Part shown: positions 53,145 through 62,871 of the stretch, piece after piece
Position numbering within the stretch: the first letter of the stretch is position 1
How the letters are laid out: each line of letters begins with the position of its first letter
Assembly: GCA_035700025.1 (NCBI GenBank)
Contig: DASSOY010000048.1
Span: 72,484 to 136,483 of the forward strand
Origin: Bacillales bacterium
Lineage (GTDB): Bacteria; Bacillota; Bacilli; Bacillales; DASSOY01
Direction of reading: 5' to 3'
DNA length: 64,000 nucleotides
Notes under the pieces: model-generated
Seen by the model: the letters and a program-made list of their open reading frames with translations, nothing else
Databases searched by the model: none
What the model was told of the DNA's origin: nothing
Made by a program: the position numbers and the translations under genes

Positions 53145-55447
53145 AGAGAGTGATGGACAAACAAGCAAGCCTGCCTTTGTTCGGTGAAGGACATAGCTAT
53201 GTTAAAGGCGTGCCGTACCGCATCTTTTTTCATAACAGCGACAATTATTATACGGTCGTTCGTATTCGCGTGCAGGAGACGAACGAGACGTACAAAGAGA
53301 GCGAGATGACGGTGACCGGTTATTTTCCGCAGCTGCATATGGAGGAGACGTATGTTTTTTTCGGCAAGTTGCAGGAACATCCGCGATACGGACCTCAGTA
53401 TGCCGCCGATCAGTGGCGAAAAGACTTGCCGCATACGGAACAAGGCATCATTCAGTATTTGTCGGGCGATTTGTTCCACGGCATCGGCAAAAAAACGGCG
53501 GCTGCGATTGTCGACGCCTTAGGCGAAAAAGCGATTACGAAAATTTTAGAAGATCCCGGTGTGCTTCAAGAAATTCCGAAGCTCTCGAGTGAGAAAGCGG
53601 AGCTCCTGTATGAGACGCTTATGGATCATCAAGGGTTGGAGCAAATCATGATTGGGCTTTCGGAATACGGATTCGGACCGCAATTGTCGATGAAAATCTA
53701 TCAAGCTTATGAGCATGAAACGCTTGAAATTTTGCGCTCGAATCCGTATAAGCTCGTCGAAGACATCGAAGGCATCGGCTTCAAAAGGGCGGACGAACTC
53801 GGGCGTTCCCTTGGGATATCCGGTGAACACCCGGACCGACTTCGCGCTGCTTGTTTGTTTGTGTTAAACGAAAAAGCTCATAATGAAGGTCATGTTTACG
53901 TTCCAGAGGATTCGTTGGTTGCCGAAATCGTTCGCTTGTTGACGGTTCCGGATGAGCCGATCGAAAAGACAAGCATTGCAAAGACTGTTGCGGAAATGGA
54001 CGAGGAAGGAAAACTCGTCCTTGAAGAAGAACGTGTTTATGTTCCGTCACTTTATTTTGCGGAAAAAGGAATTATTACGCAGACAAAACGAATCTTGCAA
54101 CAGCCGGAGTTCGATCCGGGGTTTTCAGAAGCTGAGTTTCTCAGCGGGCTGGGTGAGCTCGAAGAGAGGCTTGGCATCCAGTATGCCGACTCACAAAAGG
54201 AAGCAATTCAACAAGCATTGTCGTCTCCGTTTTTGTTGTTGACCGGCGGACCGGGGACAGGAAAAACGACCGTCATTCAAGGGATCGTGGAACTGTACGG
54301 GGAACTTCACGGCCTGTCGCTTGATCCATCCGATTATAAAGCCGACGATCCATTTCCGATCCTTCTCGTCGCACCAACTGGACGTGCAGCGAAACGCATG
54401 AAAGAAGCGACAGGCTTGCCGGCGGTGACGATCCACCGTTTGCTCGGTTGGAAAGGCGGCCAGCTCGGTTTTGAGCATGACGAAGAACATCCGGTCGAAG
54501 GGAAGCTGATCATCGTCGACGAATTTTCGATGGTCGACGAATGGTTAGCGAATCAATTGTTCAAATCGTTGCCTGAATCGATTCAAGTCGTGATTGTCGG
54601 GGACGAGGATCAGCTGCCGTCCGTCGGTCCGGGCCAAGTGCTGAAAGATTTTCTAGCTGCAGAAGTCATTCCGACCGTCCGTCTTACGGACATTTACCGT
54701 CAGGAAGAAAATTCGTCCATCGTACGATTTGCTCATGACATGAAGAGGGGAAAGTTGTCTGAGGATTTCAGGGAGGATAAGAAAGATCGACGGTTTTTCG
54801 ATTGCCGGCAAGACCAAGTAACGGAAGTTGTCAAGCGAGTTTGTGAAAGTGCGCGGCAAAAAGGGTACAGTGCCGCCGATATTCAAGTGTTGGCACCGAT
54901 ATATCGGGGCAGTGCCGGGGTTGAACGGTTGAATGCGGAATTGCAGCAACTGTTCAATCCGAAATCGGATGAAAAAAGGGAACTTCGCTTCGGCGATCAA
55001 AGATTCCGGAGCGGCGACAAAGTGCTGCAACTCGTCAACAACCCTGAGCAACATGTATTTAACGGCGATATCGGACAAGTGACGGCGATTATTTATGCGA
55101 AAGAAAGCGACGATGAACAAGACCGAATGGTCGTTTCTTTTGAAGGAAACGAAGTTACGTACAACAAGAATGACTTGAACCAGGTGACTCTCGCTTATTG
55201 TTGTTCGATCCATAAATCGCAAGGAAGTGAATTTCCAATCGTCGTACTCCCGGTTGTTCGCGGGTACTGGCGGATGTTAAAACGCAATTTGATCTATACG
55301 GCAGTTACGCGAAGCAAAGAGTTTTTGATTTTGTGCGGGGAAGAAGAAGCCCTCCGAAAAGCGATCGGCCGAGACCGCGAAGATGAGAGGCATTCGATGC
55401 TTCGGCAAAAATTACGCGAACAATTAGCCGCGGACGTTTACGATTGA
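53141..55447 (+). CDS. recD2: ATP-dependent RecD2-like DNA helicase (YrrC)
   Basis: 768 aa with an N-terminal OB/HhH region, Walker A GGPGTGKTT, Walker B IIVDEFSMVD, and SF1B motifs (VGDEDQLPSVGPG; SIHKSQGSEF). Confidence 0.93.
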   Translation: MKRVMDKQASLPLFGEGHSYVKGVPYRIFFHNSDNYYTVVRIRVQETNETYKESEMTVTGYFPQLHMEETYVFFGKLQEHPRYGPQYAADQWRKDLPHTEQGIIQYLSGDLFHGIGKKTAAAIVDALGEKAITKILEDPGVLQEIPKLSSEKAELLYETLMDHQGLEQIMIGLSEYGFGPQLSMKIYQAYEHETLEILRSNPYKLVEDIEGIGFKRADELGRSLGISGEHPDRLRAACLFVLNEKAHNEGHVYVPEDSLVAEIVRLLTVPDEPIEKTSIAKTVAEMDEEGKLVLEEERVYVPSLYFAEKGIITQTKRILQQPEFDPGFSEAEFLSGLGELEERLGIQYADSQKEAIQQALSSPFLLLTGGPGTGKTTVIQGIVELYGELHGLSLDPSDYKADDPFPILLVAPTGRAAKRMKEATGLPAVTIHRLLGWKGGQLGFEHDEEHPVEGKLIIVDEFSMVDEWLANQLFKSLPESIQVVIVGDEDQLPSVGPGQVLKDFLAAEVIPTVRLTDIYRQEENSSIVRFAHDMKRGKLSEDFREDKKDRRFFDCRQDQVTEVVKRVCESARQKGYSAADIQVLAPIYRGSAGVERLNAELQQLFNPKSDEKRELRFGDQRFRSGDKVLQLVNNPEQHVFNGDIGQVTAIIYAKESDDEQDRMVVSFEGNEVTYNKNDLNQVTLAYCCSIHKSQGSEFPIVVLPVVRGYWRMLKRNLIYTAVTRSKEFLILCGEEEALRKAIGRDREDERHSMLRQKLREQLAADVYD

Positions 55448-55502
55448 TTGAAAGTGTCCATCCTATCAAATACAAAATTGACGAATGAAAGGATGGACCG
55501 AC

Positions 55503-55691
55503 ATGTTGAGATGTCCAAATTGCCAGAGCAAAGACCTAGGTGTTCTTGCAACGGATCAATATTATTGTTGGCACTGTTTTATTGAACTGACGGTGAAAGG
55601 CGATAAATTGCAGCTTCATCAAGTGGAAGAAGACGGAACATTGACGTCGCTCGACGACTTGTTTGGAGAAGAGGAAGTACGCATTCATTGA
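55503..55691 (+). CDS. small zinc-ribbon protein (hypothetical)
   Basis: 62 aa from ATG 55503 (GAAAGGATGG SD) with CPNC...CWHC, followed by a good terminator. There is no functional assignment. Confidence 0.45.
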   Translation: MLRCPNCQSKDLGVLATDQYYCWHCFIELTVKGDKLQLHQVEEDGTLTSLDDLFGEEEVRIH

Positions 55692-55693
55692 AA

Positions 55694-55721
55694 CGGCTCA
55701 CACGTTGTGGGCTGTTTTTTT
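55694..55721 (+). terminator. intrinsic terminator
   Basis: CGGCTCACA/TGTGGGCTG stem followed by T7. Confidence 0.7.
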
Positions 55722-55782
55722 ACATAGTTTTCTTAATGGCAGGCACAATAAACATGGAATCTATGCACGGGGGGTGTCGGCA

Positions 55783-56862
55783 TTGAAAAACAGAGGAACG
55801 GGCATCGAGTGGTTAATTCGGCTTTCCGTCGTCGTTCTCGTCTTCTTATGCTGTTACATCTTCATTAAGTTGGCGCCCCTTTGGAAGCCGTTGCTTGACA
55901 TGTTATGGACGGTGCTGACTCCGTTCGCGATTGCCGCTTTCGTAACATATTTGCTTTTGCCGATCGTCAACAGGCTCAACGCCAACAACGTTCCGAGACC
56001 GCTTGCGATCTTGCTCATCTACGTCGGGTTTTTCGGCGCGCTCGGCTATGGACTCGTCAAAGGCGTTCCATACGTCATCGACCAACTTTACGCATTCGGC
56101 CGTCAGATCCCGCAATATGAGAGCATGTACCGGCAGTTGATCAACGAATTTTATCATCAAACCTCGGATTTCCCGGAAACCGTGCATGATCATTTTCGCG
56201 GCATGCTGCAGGCTGCGGAAGACTACGTCAAACGCGTCATCCAACGAATCATCGGTATTTTGAAACGACTCGCGCAGTCGATTTTCACAATTCTCGCCGT
56301 CCCCGTGCTTGTGTTTTATTTTTTGAACGATTATCCAGGCATGAAAAAGCTGCTCGTTTCCGTCGTTCCTTCCCGTTATCACCGGCGCGGGAAACGTTTA
56401 GCACACGATCTTGACGAATCGCTTGGCGGCTACATTCGCGGCCAGCTTTTCGTTTGCGCCGTTCTCGCCGGCATCGCCGCCGGTGCCTTATGGCTCATCG
56501 GTATTCCTTATGCCGTCCTCCTTGGCGTTCTTATTGGCATTACCGACATCATCCCGTATTTCGGCCCGATTCTCGGCGCGATTCCAACGCTTCTCGTCGC
56601 TGCCACAATCTCTTGGAAAATGGTATTGTTCACAGCCGGCCTTATTCTCGTTTTACATGTCGTCGAAGGCAGCCTGCTTTCTCCGTTCATCGTCGGGAAA
56701 AGCTTGCATTTGCATCCGGCTGTCATCTTGTTTGCCCTCTTTCTCGGGGGCGAAATCGGCGGGTTGCTCGGCATGTTGTTGGCCGTGCCGTTGTTTGCGG
56801 TATTGCGTGTCGTATGGGTCCATTATCAACGCGGGGAGTTGTCCGCATCCGTTGACAAGTGA
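55783..56862 (+). CDS. AI-2E family (UPF0118/PerM-like) transporter
   Basis: TTG 55783 lies 7-8 nt after GGGGGGTG. It is about 359 aa with about 8 TM helices and ITDIIPYFGPILGAIP, the family signature. The ORF-track start at 55663 overlaps the upstream gene and terminator. Confidence 0.85.
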   Translation: MKNRGTGIEWLIRLSVVVLVFLCCYIFIKLAPLWKPLLDMLWTVLTPFAIAAFVTYLLLPIVNRLNANNVPRPLAILLIYVGFFGALGYGLVKGVPYVIDQLYAFGRQIPQYESMYRQLINEFYHQTSDFPETVHDHFRGMLQAAEDYVKRVIQRIIGILKRLAQSIFTILAVPVLVFYFLNDYPGMKKLLVSVVPSRYHRRGKRLAHDLDESLGGYIRGQLFVCAVLAGIAAGALWLIGIPYAVLLGVLIGITDIIPYFGPILGAIPTLLVAATISWKMVLFTAGLILVLHVVEGSLLSPFIVGKSLHLHPAVILFALFLGGEIGGLLGMLLAVPLFAVLRVVWVHYQRGELSASVDK

Positions 56863-56880
56863 CATCATATTGCTTATAAT
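56852..56880 (+). promoter_or_regulatory. consensus sigma-A promoter of the alaS leader
   Basis: TTGACA (56852-56857, inside the last codons of the transporter gene), a 17-nt spacer, then TATAAT (56875-56880). Confidence 0.7.
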
Positions 56881-56886
56881 GATCGA

Positions 56887-57128
56887 CAGAATCCATCTTC
56901 GCAAATCGATGACAGACCGAAAGTACGTTGCACCGCATCCGCCAGAGAGGGGATTCCTTGGCTGGAAGAAGCCCCGGATGACGACGACGGAAACGCCAGT
57001 CTGGAGAGCGGGTTAATCCCCGACGGAGCGGCCGTTAACCGCCGAAAGCCGACAGACGATCTTGTCTGTAATCAGGGTGGTACCGCGTGAATAATCTCGT
57101 CCCTTTTCGAAGGGGCGTTTTTTTTATT
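56887..57128 (+). promoter_or_regulatory. T-box riboswitch leader (alaS), specifier GCC
   Basis: The stem I base is CCGC...CCAGA / TCTGG...GCGG. The specifier-loop context GGAAAC-GCC-A places GCC at 56995-56997. The T-box sequence AATCAGGGTGGTACCGCG is at 57070-57087, and the terminator CGTCCCTT/AAGGGGCG plus T8 is at 57098-57125. Confidence 0.85.
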
Positions 57129-57157
57129 TGAGCATGCAAACAAGAGGAGGCACGAAG

Positions 57158-59797
57158 ATGAAACAACTGACATCGGCGCAAGTGCGTCAAAGGTTTCTCG
57201 ATTTTTTTAAGGAAAAAGGACATCGTGTGGAGCCGAGTGCTTCGCTTGTTCCTGTCAATGACCCGTCGTTGCTGTGGATCAACAGCGGCGTCGCAACGCT
57301 GAAAAAGTATTTCGACGGCCGGGAGGTCCCGGCAAATCCCCGCATCGTGAACGCACAAAAGGCGATTCGGACGAATGATATTGAAAATGTCGGCAAGACG
57401 GCGCGCCACCATACGTTCTTCGAAATGCTCGGGAACTTTTCGATCGGCGATTATTTTAAGAAAGAAGCAATTGAGTGGGCATGGGAGTTCTTAACCGACG
57501 AAAAATGGATCGGGTTTGATCCGGCACTGTTGTCTGTTACTGTACACGTCGATGATGACGAAGCGTTTAACCTTTGGCACGAAAACGTCGGCCTTCCGAA
57601 GGAACGGATCATTAAGCTCGACGAGGAAAACTTCTGGGACATCGGGGAAGGACCGTGCGGTCCGAACTCGGAAATCTTTTACGACCGCGGTCCGGCGTAC
57701 GGGGACGATCCGAACGATCCTGAACTTTATCCGGGCGGGGAAAACGAACGGTACTTGGAAGTTTGGAACCTCGTGTTTTCTCAATACAATCATAACCAAG
57801 ACGGGAGCTATACGCCGCTTCCGAAGAAAAATATTGATACCGGCATGGGGCTTGAGCGCATGGTTTCGGTCATTCAAGAAGGGCGCACGAATTTCGACAC
57901 GGATTTGTTTTTGCCGATCATTCGCAAAACCGAAAAGCTGTCTGGCGTCCGGTACGGAGAAACTCAAGAAATGGATACCGCTTTTAAAGTGATTGCGGAC
58001 CATATCCGAACGGTGGCATTTGCCATTTCCGACGGTGCGCTTCCTTCGAATGAAGGAAGAGGTTACGTGTTGCGCAGGCTGCTGAGGCGCGCGGTCCGTT
58101 TCGGCAAGACGCTTGGTCTTGACCGCCCGTTCATGCATGAATTGGTTTCCACGGTCGCCGAAATTATGGTCGACTTTTATCCGGAAGTGAAAGAAAAGGC
58201 TTCCTACATTGCAAAAGTGATCGAGAAGGAAGAGGAGCGTTTCCACGCGACGATTAACGAAGGCTTGTCGATATTGAAAGACATGATCGAGCGGCATCGT
58301 GCGGAAGGCAGCAACCGTTTGTCGGGACAAGAAGCTTTCAAGCTGTACGACACTTACGGATTCCCGTTTGAGCTGACGGAGGAATATGCGGGAGACGAAG
58401 GTGTTCAGGTTGACCGTGAAGGGTTTGATGCCGAGCTGGAAGCGCAGCGGCAGCGGGCGCGTTCGGCGCGTGACGTCGGCGAATCGATGCAAGTGCAAGG
58501 CGGCGTGCTTGCCGATGTTCATGTGAAAAGCGAATTTGTCGGTTACGACCAGTTGGAAACCGATGCGACGGTGACGGTCATTGTGCGAAACGGTGAGCGG
58601 GTCGAAGCGGCCGAGGAAGGTTCAGAAGTGCAGCTGATGCTGGATCGGACGCCGTTTTATGCGGAGAGCGGCGGTGAAGTGGCCGATCAAGGAACGATAG
58701 CGGGAGACGATGTGCTGTTGACGGTGCAAGACGTGCAAAAAGCGCCGAACGGTCAGCACTTGCACCGCGTGAAAGTTTCGAAAGGCGTGTTACGCGAGGG
58801 CACGTTGGTGAAGGCTTCAGTCAACAAGCGCGAGCGGGCGGCGATAACGAAAAATCATACGGCTACCCACTTGCTGCATCAAGCGTTGAAAGATGTGATT
58901 GGTTCTGAAGCGAATCAGGCGGGTTCGCTTGTCGCCCCGGACCGTCTCCGTTTCGACTTCTCCCATTACCGCCAAGTGAGCGAGGAGGAGCTCGATCAAA
59001 TTGAGGCCGTCGTCAATGAAAAAATATGGGACCGTTTGCCCGTGGATACGATGCAGAAGCCGCTCGAAGAAGCGAAAGCGATGGGTGCCATGGCGTTGTT
59101 CGGGGAAAAATACGGGGATGTCGTAAGGATTGTCAAAGCCGGCGATTACAGCATTGAGCTATGCGGGGGATGTCACGTTCGCAACACGGCGGATATCGGA
59201 TTGTTCAAGATTACGATGGAAACCGGGATCGGAGCCGGGACGAGAAGAATCGAGGCGGTGACAGGAAAAGCCGCGTATGACTACATGAATGAGCGAAACC
59301 AGATGTTGCGCGAATCCGCCCGTCTGTTGCGCACATCGGCGGCGAAAGTCCCGGAGAGAATCGAAGCGTTGCGCGAGCAGATTCGTGATCTTGAAAGAGA
59401 GAACGAGTCGTTGGCGGCAAAACTCGGCCACCTGGAGGCGACGAAGTTTGCAGCAGACGCAAAAGAAATTGACGGGATACGTGTGATCGCCAAGAAAGTG
59501 GATGTCGCCGATATGAATCAGATGCGGACGATGGTCGACGAGTTGAAATCGAATATCGGTTCAGGTATCGTTGTGCTTGGAGCCGTGAACGGCGGGAAAG
59601 TCAATTTGACGGCTGGCGTCACGAAGGATTTGACCGAAAAAGGATACCATGCAGGCAAGTTGATCAAGGAAACGGCGAGCCGTTGCGGCGGCGGCGGAGG
59701 CGGACGTCCGGATATGGCGCAAGCGGGCGGCAAAGATCCGAGTAAATTGGATGAAGCGTTGCGTTCCGTCTATGATTGGGTGAAATCCGTTTCCTAA
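57158..59797 (+). CDS. alaS: alanine--tRNA ligase
   Basis: ATG 57158 lies 9 nt after GGAGG and gives [22 protein letters not shown]. It has an editing domain with the HTATHLLH and CGGCH zinc motifs, and a C-terminal DHHA1 domain. Confidence 0.97.
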   Translation: MKQLTSAQVRQRFLDFFKEKGHRVEPSASLVPVNDPSLLWINSGVATLKKYFDGREVPANPRIVNAQKAIRTNDIENVGKTARHHTFFEMLGNFSIGDYFKKEAIEWAWEFLTDEKWIGFDPALLSVTVHVDDDEAFNLWHENVGLPKERIIKLDEENFWDIGEGPCGPNSEIFYDRGPAYGDDPNDPELYPGGENERYLEVWNLVFSQYNHNQDGSYTPLPKKNIDTGMGLERMVSVIQEGRTNFDTDLFLPIIRKTEKLSGVRYGETQEMDTAFKVIADHIRTVAFAISDGALPSNEGRGYVLRRLLRRAVRFGKTLGLDRPFMHELVSTVAEIMVDFYPEVKEKASYIAKVIEKEEERFHATINEGLSILKDMIERHRAEGSNRLSGQEAFKLYDTYGFPFELTEEYAGDEGVQVDREGFDAELEAQRQRARSARDVGESMQVQGGVLADVHVKSEFVGYDQLETDATVTVIVRNGERVEAAEEGSEVQLMLDRTPFYAESGGEVADQGTIAGDDVLLTVQDVQKAPNGQHLHRVKVSKGVLREGTLVKASVNKRERAAITKNHTATHLLHQALKDVIGSEANQAGSLVAPDRLRFDFSHYRQVSEEELDQIEAVVNEKIWDRLPVDTMQKPLEEAKAMGAMALFGEKYGDVVRIVKAGDYSIELCGGCHVRNTADIGLFKITMETGIGAGTRRIEAVTGKAAYDYMNERNQMLRESARLLRTSAAKVPERIEALREQIRDLERENESLAAKLGHLEATKFAADAKEIDGIRVIAKKVDVADMNQMRTMVDELKSNIGSGIVVLGAVNGGKVNLTAGVTKDLTEKGYHAGKLIKETASRCGGGGGGRPDMAQAGGKDPSKLDEALRSVYDWVKSVS

Positions 59798-59862
59798 CAA
59801 GGCCGTTTCGTGTAAAATCGGATAAAAGGCCATATCTTGCGGATAATAGGGGTTGAGCAAAA

Positions 59863-60126
59863 ATGGATAAAACGATGAAATTTAATTTTCATGAAGGTTC
59901 GGATGACAACAGTGCAAACAAAGTTTTGTTGTCGGTTTACGAGGCGCTTGAGGAAAAAGGCTACAACCCGATCAACCAAATCGTCGGTTATTTGCTGTCC
60001 GGAGATCCCGCCTACATTCCGCGTCACAAGGACGCGAGAACATTGATCCGGAAACTGGAACGGGACGAGCTCATTGAAGAACTCGTTCAATCGTATTTGT
60101 CGCTGCATAGAGAAGAGCGCGAATGA
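59863..60126 (+). CDS. IreB-family regulatory phosphoprotein (UPF0297, YrzL)
   Basis: 87 aa with [35 protein letters not shown], the family signature. Confidence 0.85.
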   Translation: MDKTMKFNFHEGSDDNSANKVLLSVYEALEEKGYNPINQIVGYLLSGDPAYIPRHKDARTLIRKLERDELIEELVQSYLSLHREERE

Positions 60127-60536
60127 GAATCATTGGTTTGGACGTAGGAACGAAAACGATCGGCGTGGCTGTCAGCGATGAGATGGGCTGGACGGCGCAA
60201 GGCTTGGATACGATTCGCCGAAATCCGTATGACGAAACATCGGGATTTGACCGCTTGCAAGCCTTCATCGAACAATACGAGCCGGAGGCGATCGTTGTCG
60301 GCCTTCCGAAAAACATGGACGGGTCGATCGGGCCGAGAGGCGAAGCCTGCAAGACTTTTGCCGGACATGTCGAGGAGCGTTTCGGCCTTCCGGTTCATCT
60401 TTGGGATGAACGGATGACGACGATGGCGGCGGAAAAAGTATTGATCGATGCGGATTTGAGCAGAAAAAAACGGAAAAAGGTCGTTGACAAGATGGCAGCT
60501 GCCTTGATCTTGCAAGGTTATTTGGATCGGAGGTGA
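60123..60536 (+). CDS. ruvX: Holliday junction resolvase-like RuvX (YqgF/YrrK)
   Basis: 137 aa with [19 protein letters not shown]. The start overlaps the upstream stop (ATGA). Confidence 0.9.
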   Translation: MRIIGLDVGTKTIGVAVSDEMGWTAQGLDTIRRNPYDETSGFDRLQAFIEQYEPEAIVVGLPKNMDGSIGPRGEACKTFAGHVEERFGLPVHLWDERMTTMAAEKVLIDADLSRKKRKKVVDKMAAALILQGYLDRR

Positions 60537-60835
60537 TGGCGATCGTGCCGGAACAGGAAAAGGATCGGTTTGTAATTGAACATGAGGGAGAAGAGCATCT
60601 TTTTGAAGAATTGTTTCATTTTACGGTCGAAACAACGGGAATATCTTACATGGTTCTCGTGCCGGTAGAAGGCGGAACAAAGGACGATGAGGACGAGGAA
60701 GTGGAAGTATTCGCTTTTCGCTATGAAGAAGGCGAAGATGAAGGACGCGACATTTCTTTTTATCCCATTGAGAGCGATGAAGAATGGGACATCGTTGAGG
60801 AAATGTTGAACACTTTTTCCGAAGAAAACGGATAG
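60533..60835 (+). CDS. DUF1292 protein (YrzB)
   Basis: About 100-aa acidic protein in the conserved position after ruvX. The exact start is uncertain (GTG 60533, ATG 60536 or GTG 60545). Confidence 0.75.
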   Translation: MMAIVPEQEKDRFVIEHEGEEHLFEELFHFTVETTGISYMVLVPVEGGTKDDEDEEVEVFAFRYEEGEDEGRDISFYPIESDEEWDIVEEMLNTFSEENG

Positions 60836-60993
60836 AACGACCGAGGGAGCCTGGACGAAGGGCTCTTTTCTTTTGGATGTTGGACTCGCCGTTCCAGAGA
60901 CGCAAAGTTTGTCGGCCGGTCAGTTTTCTTTGTCGGAATGTAGTAGTATAATGGATAAGATGAATGGAATGGTTGAACTAGAAAGAATCGATT

Positions 60994-62178
60994 GTGATCG
61001 ACGAGGAAAGAGGGGTTTTCATCTTGCCAGAGGGGAATATCGAAGGAGCTTCTTATACCATTGAACAACGCGCGAAGGAAAATCGACTTGTGAGAAAAAT
61101 TGTTTTCATCGTCACGGTCGTCATTGCCGTACTTCTGCTGGCAGCAGCTGGAGGCGGTTATTATTACGTCCACAATGCACTGCAGCCGGTCCAACCGGGC
61201 AGCGATGAGCAAGTGGAAGTCGGGATCGATTACGGTTCCTCGGTGGAAGACATTGCGCGAACGTTGGAGAAAGAAGGAGTCATCAACAGCGCTCTCGTGT
61301 TTCGTTATTACGTGAAATATAAGAATGAAAGCGGTTTTCAGGCAGGTACGTATCAACTCTCGCCGTCAATGACGATTGATGAGATCATTGACCAGCTTAA
61401 GGAAGGCAAAATTAAAAAAGCAGTCGCTTTCAAAATGACCATCCCCGAAGGATTGTGGATGGAACAAGTTGCCGAAATCGTGGCGAAAAAAACAAACATC
61501 AGCAAAAAACAGTTTTTAAACAAAATGAAAGACCGTACGTATATTAAGGAAACGTACATGAAAGACTATCCTTTCTTGAAAGACGTCATTTTAAAGAAAG
61601 GTATCCATTATCCGCTGGAAGGGTACTTGTTCCCGGCGACTTATTCGTTTACAGAAGATGAACCGACAATGGAGACGATCATCGACAAGATGCTCGATAA
61701 AACCTCTCAAGTGTTGCAGGAATTCGACGGACAAATCGCGAAAAGTAAGATGAGTGTGCATCAAGTTTTGACCCTGGCATCGATTATTGAGGAAGAAGCG
61801 CCGAAAAAGGAGACGCGCGGCAAAGTATCGAGCGTTTTCCACAACCGGTTGAAAAAAGATATGCCGCTGCAAAGCAATCCGACGGTCGATTATGCGGTGC
61901 ATGAACATCGCGTGCAAATTTCGGAGAAAGAGTTGAAAGTCGATTCACCTTACAACACATACAAATACAAGGGATTGCCAATCGGGCCGATTTGCAACCC
62001 GAGCAAAAGCTCAATCGCGGCCGCGGTGAATCCTGAAAATACGGATTACCTGTATTTTTATGCCCGTCCGAACGGAGACATCGTGTTTGCGAAAACGTAT
62101 GAGAAATTTTTGCAGGCGAAACACAAATACGAAAAAGAATGGGAAGAATATTTGCAAAAACAGGAGAAAAAACAATAA
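60994..62178 (+). CDS. mltG: endolytic murein transglycosylase MltG (YceG-like)
   Basis: It has an N-terminal TM (IVFIVTVVIAVLLLAAAGG) and a YceG domain (EGYLFPATY, LASIIEEE, NTYKYKGLPIGPICNP). The start may be TTG 61024, 8 nt after AAGAGGGG, rather than 60994. Confidence 0.9.
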   Translation: MIDEERGVFILPEGNIEGASYTIEQRAKENRLVRKIVFIVTVVIAVLLLAAAGGGYYYVHNALQPVQPGSDEQVEVGIDYGSSVEDIARTLEKEGVINSALVFRYYVKYKNESGFQAGTYQLSPSMTIDEIIDQLKEGKIKKAVAFKMTIPEGLWMEQVAEIVAKKTNISKKQFLNKMKDRTYIKETYMKDYPFLKDVILKKGIHYPLEGYLFPATYSFTEDEPTMETIIDKMLDKTSQVLQEFDGQIAKSKMSVHQVLTLASIIEEEAPKKETRGKVSSVFHNRLKKDMPLQSNPTVDYAVHEHRVQISEKELKVDSPYNTYKYKGLPIGPICNPSKSSIAAAVNPENTDYLYFYARPNGDIVFAKTYEKFLQAKHKYEKEWEEYLQKQEKKQ

Positions 62179-62296
62179 TCGATTTTCCGATATCGACATA
62201 CAATCATACACAACAACGATTGGGAGATGCGGAACTGGTGCACATTTGTTACAATGGCCCGAAGGGCTCGGATTTTATCGTTAAGGAGTGAAAACA

Positions 62297-62773
62297 TTGG
62301 TTGAAGTAAAGAAGCATTATATGACGGTGGAAGGTAAGAAGAAACTCGAAGAAGAGCTGCAAATGTTAAAGACCGTAAAGAGAAAAGAGGTCGTCGAGCG
62401 AATTAAGACGGCGCGTAGTTTCGGGGATCTTTCGGAGAACTCCGAGTACGACGCAGCGAAAGATGAACAGGCCTTCGTCGAATCGCGGATCGCGCAGCTT
62501 GAAGAAATGCTGCGCCATTCGGAAATCATAGAGGAGAATGACGCGGCGCCGAATGTCGTGTCGATTGGAAAAGTCGTTAAATTTCAAGAATTGCCGGACG
62601 GCGAACAAGAGCAGTATCAGATCGTCGGCAGCGCGGAATCCGATCCTTTCGAAGGGAAAATATCGAATGATTCGCCGATCGCGAAAAGCTTGTTGGGACA
62701 CAGCGTCGGTGACGAAGTCATCGTTCCCACTCCGGGCGGCGACATGAGCGTGAAGATCATCGAAGTTCATTAA
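62297..62773 (+). CDS. greA: transcription elongation factor GreA
   Basis: TTG 62297 lies 8 nt after AAGGAG. It has an N-terminal coiled coil ([20 protein letters not shown]...[13 protein letters not shown]) and a C-terminal FKBP-like domain. Confidence 0.93.
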   Translation: MVEVKKHYMTVEGKKKLEEELQMLKTVKRKEVVERIKTARSFGDLSENSEYDAAKDEQAFVESRIAQLEEMLRHSEIIEENDAAPNVVSIGKVVKFQELPDGEQEQYQIVGSAESDPFEGKISNDSPIAKSLLGHSVGDEVIVPTPGGDMSVKIIEVH

Positions 62774-62784
62774 AGTGTAGGATT

Positions 62785-62819
62785 TCAGGTTTTCCGAATC
62801 GGGAAACCTGATTTTTTTT
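62785..62819 (+). terminator. intrinsic terminator after greA
   Basis: TCAGGTTTTCC/GGGAAACCTGA stem with a GAATC loop, followed by T8. Confidence 0.85.
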
Positions 62820-62871
62820 GCCGAAAAAGGGACTAAAGTAGAGCCGCACCGTCAAAAATGGGGGTGAGGTG

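Noticed and set aside
56411-57016. 201-aa and 133-aa plus-strand ORFs overlapping the 3' half of the AI-2E transporter gene and the alaS leader
   Set aside because: They are alternative frames of a membrane-protein gene that continue into the T-box leader. Their A/S/P/R-rich composition is typical of off-frame translation.
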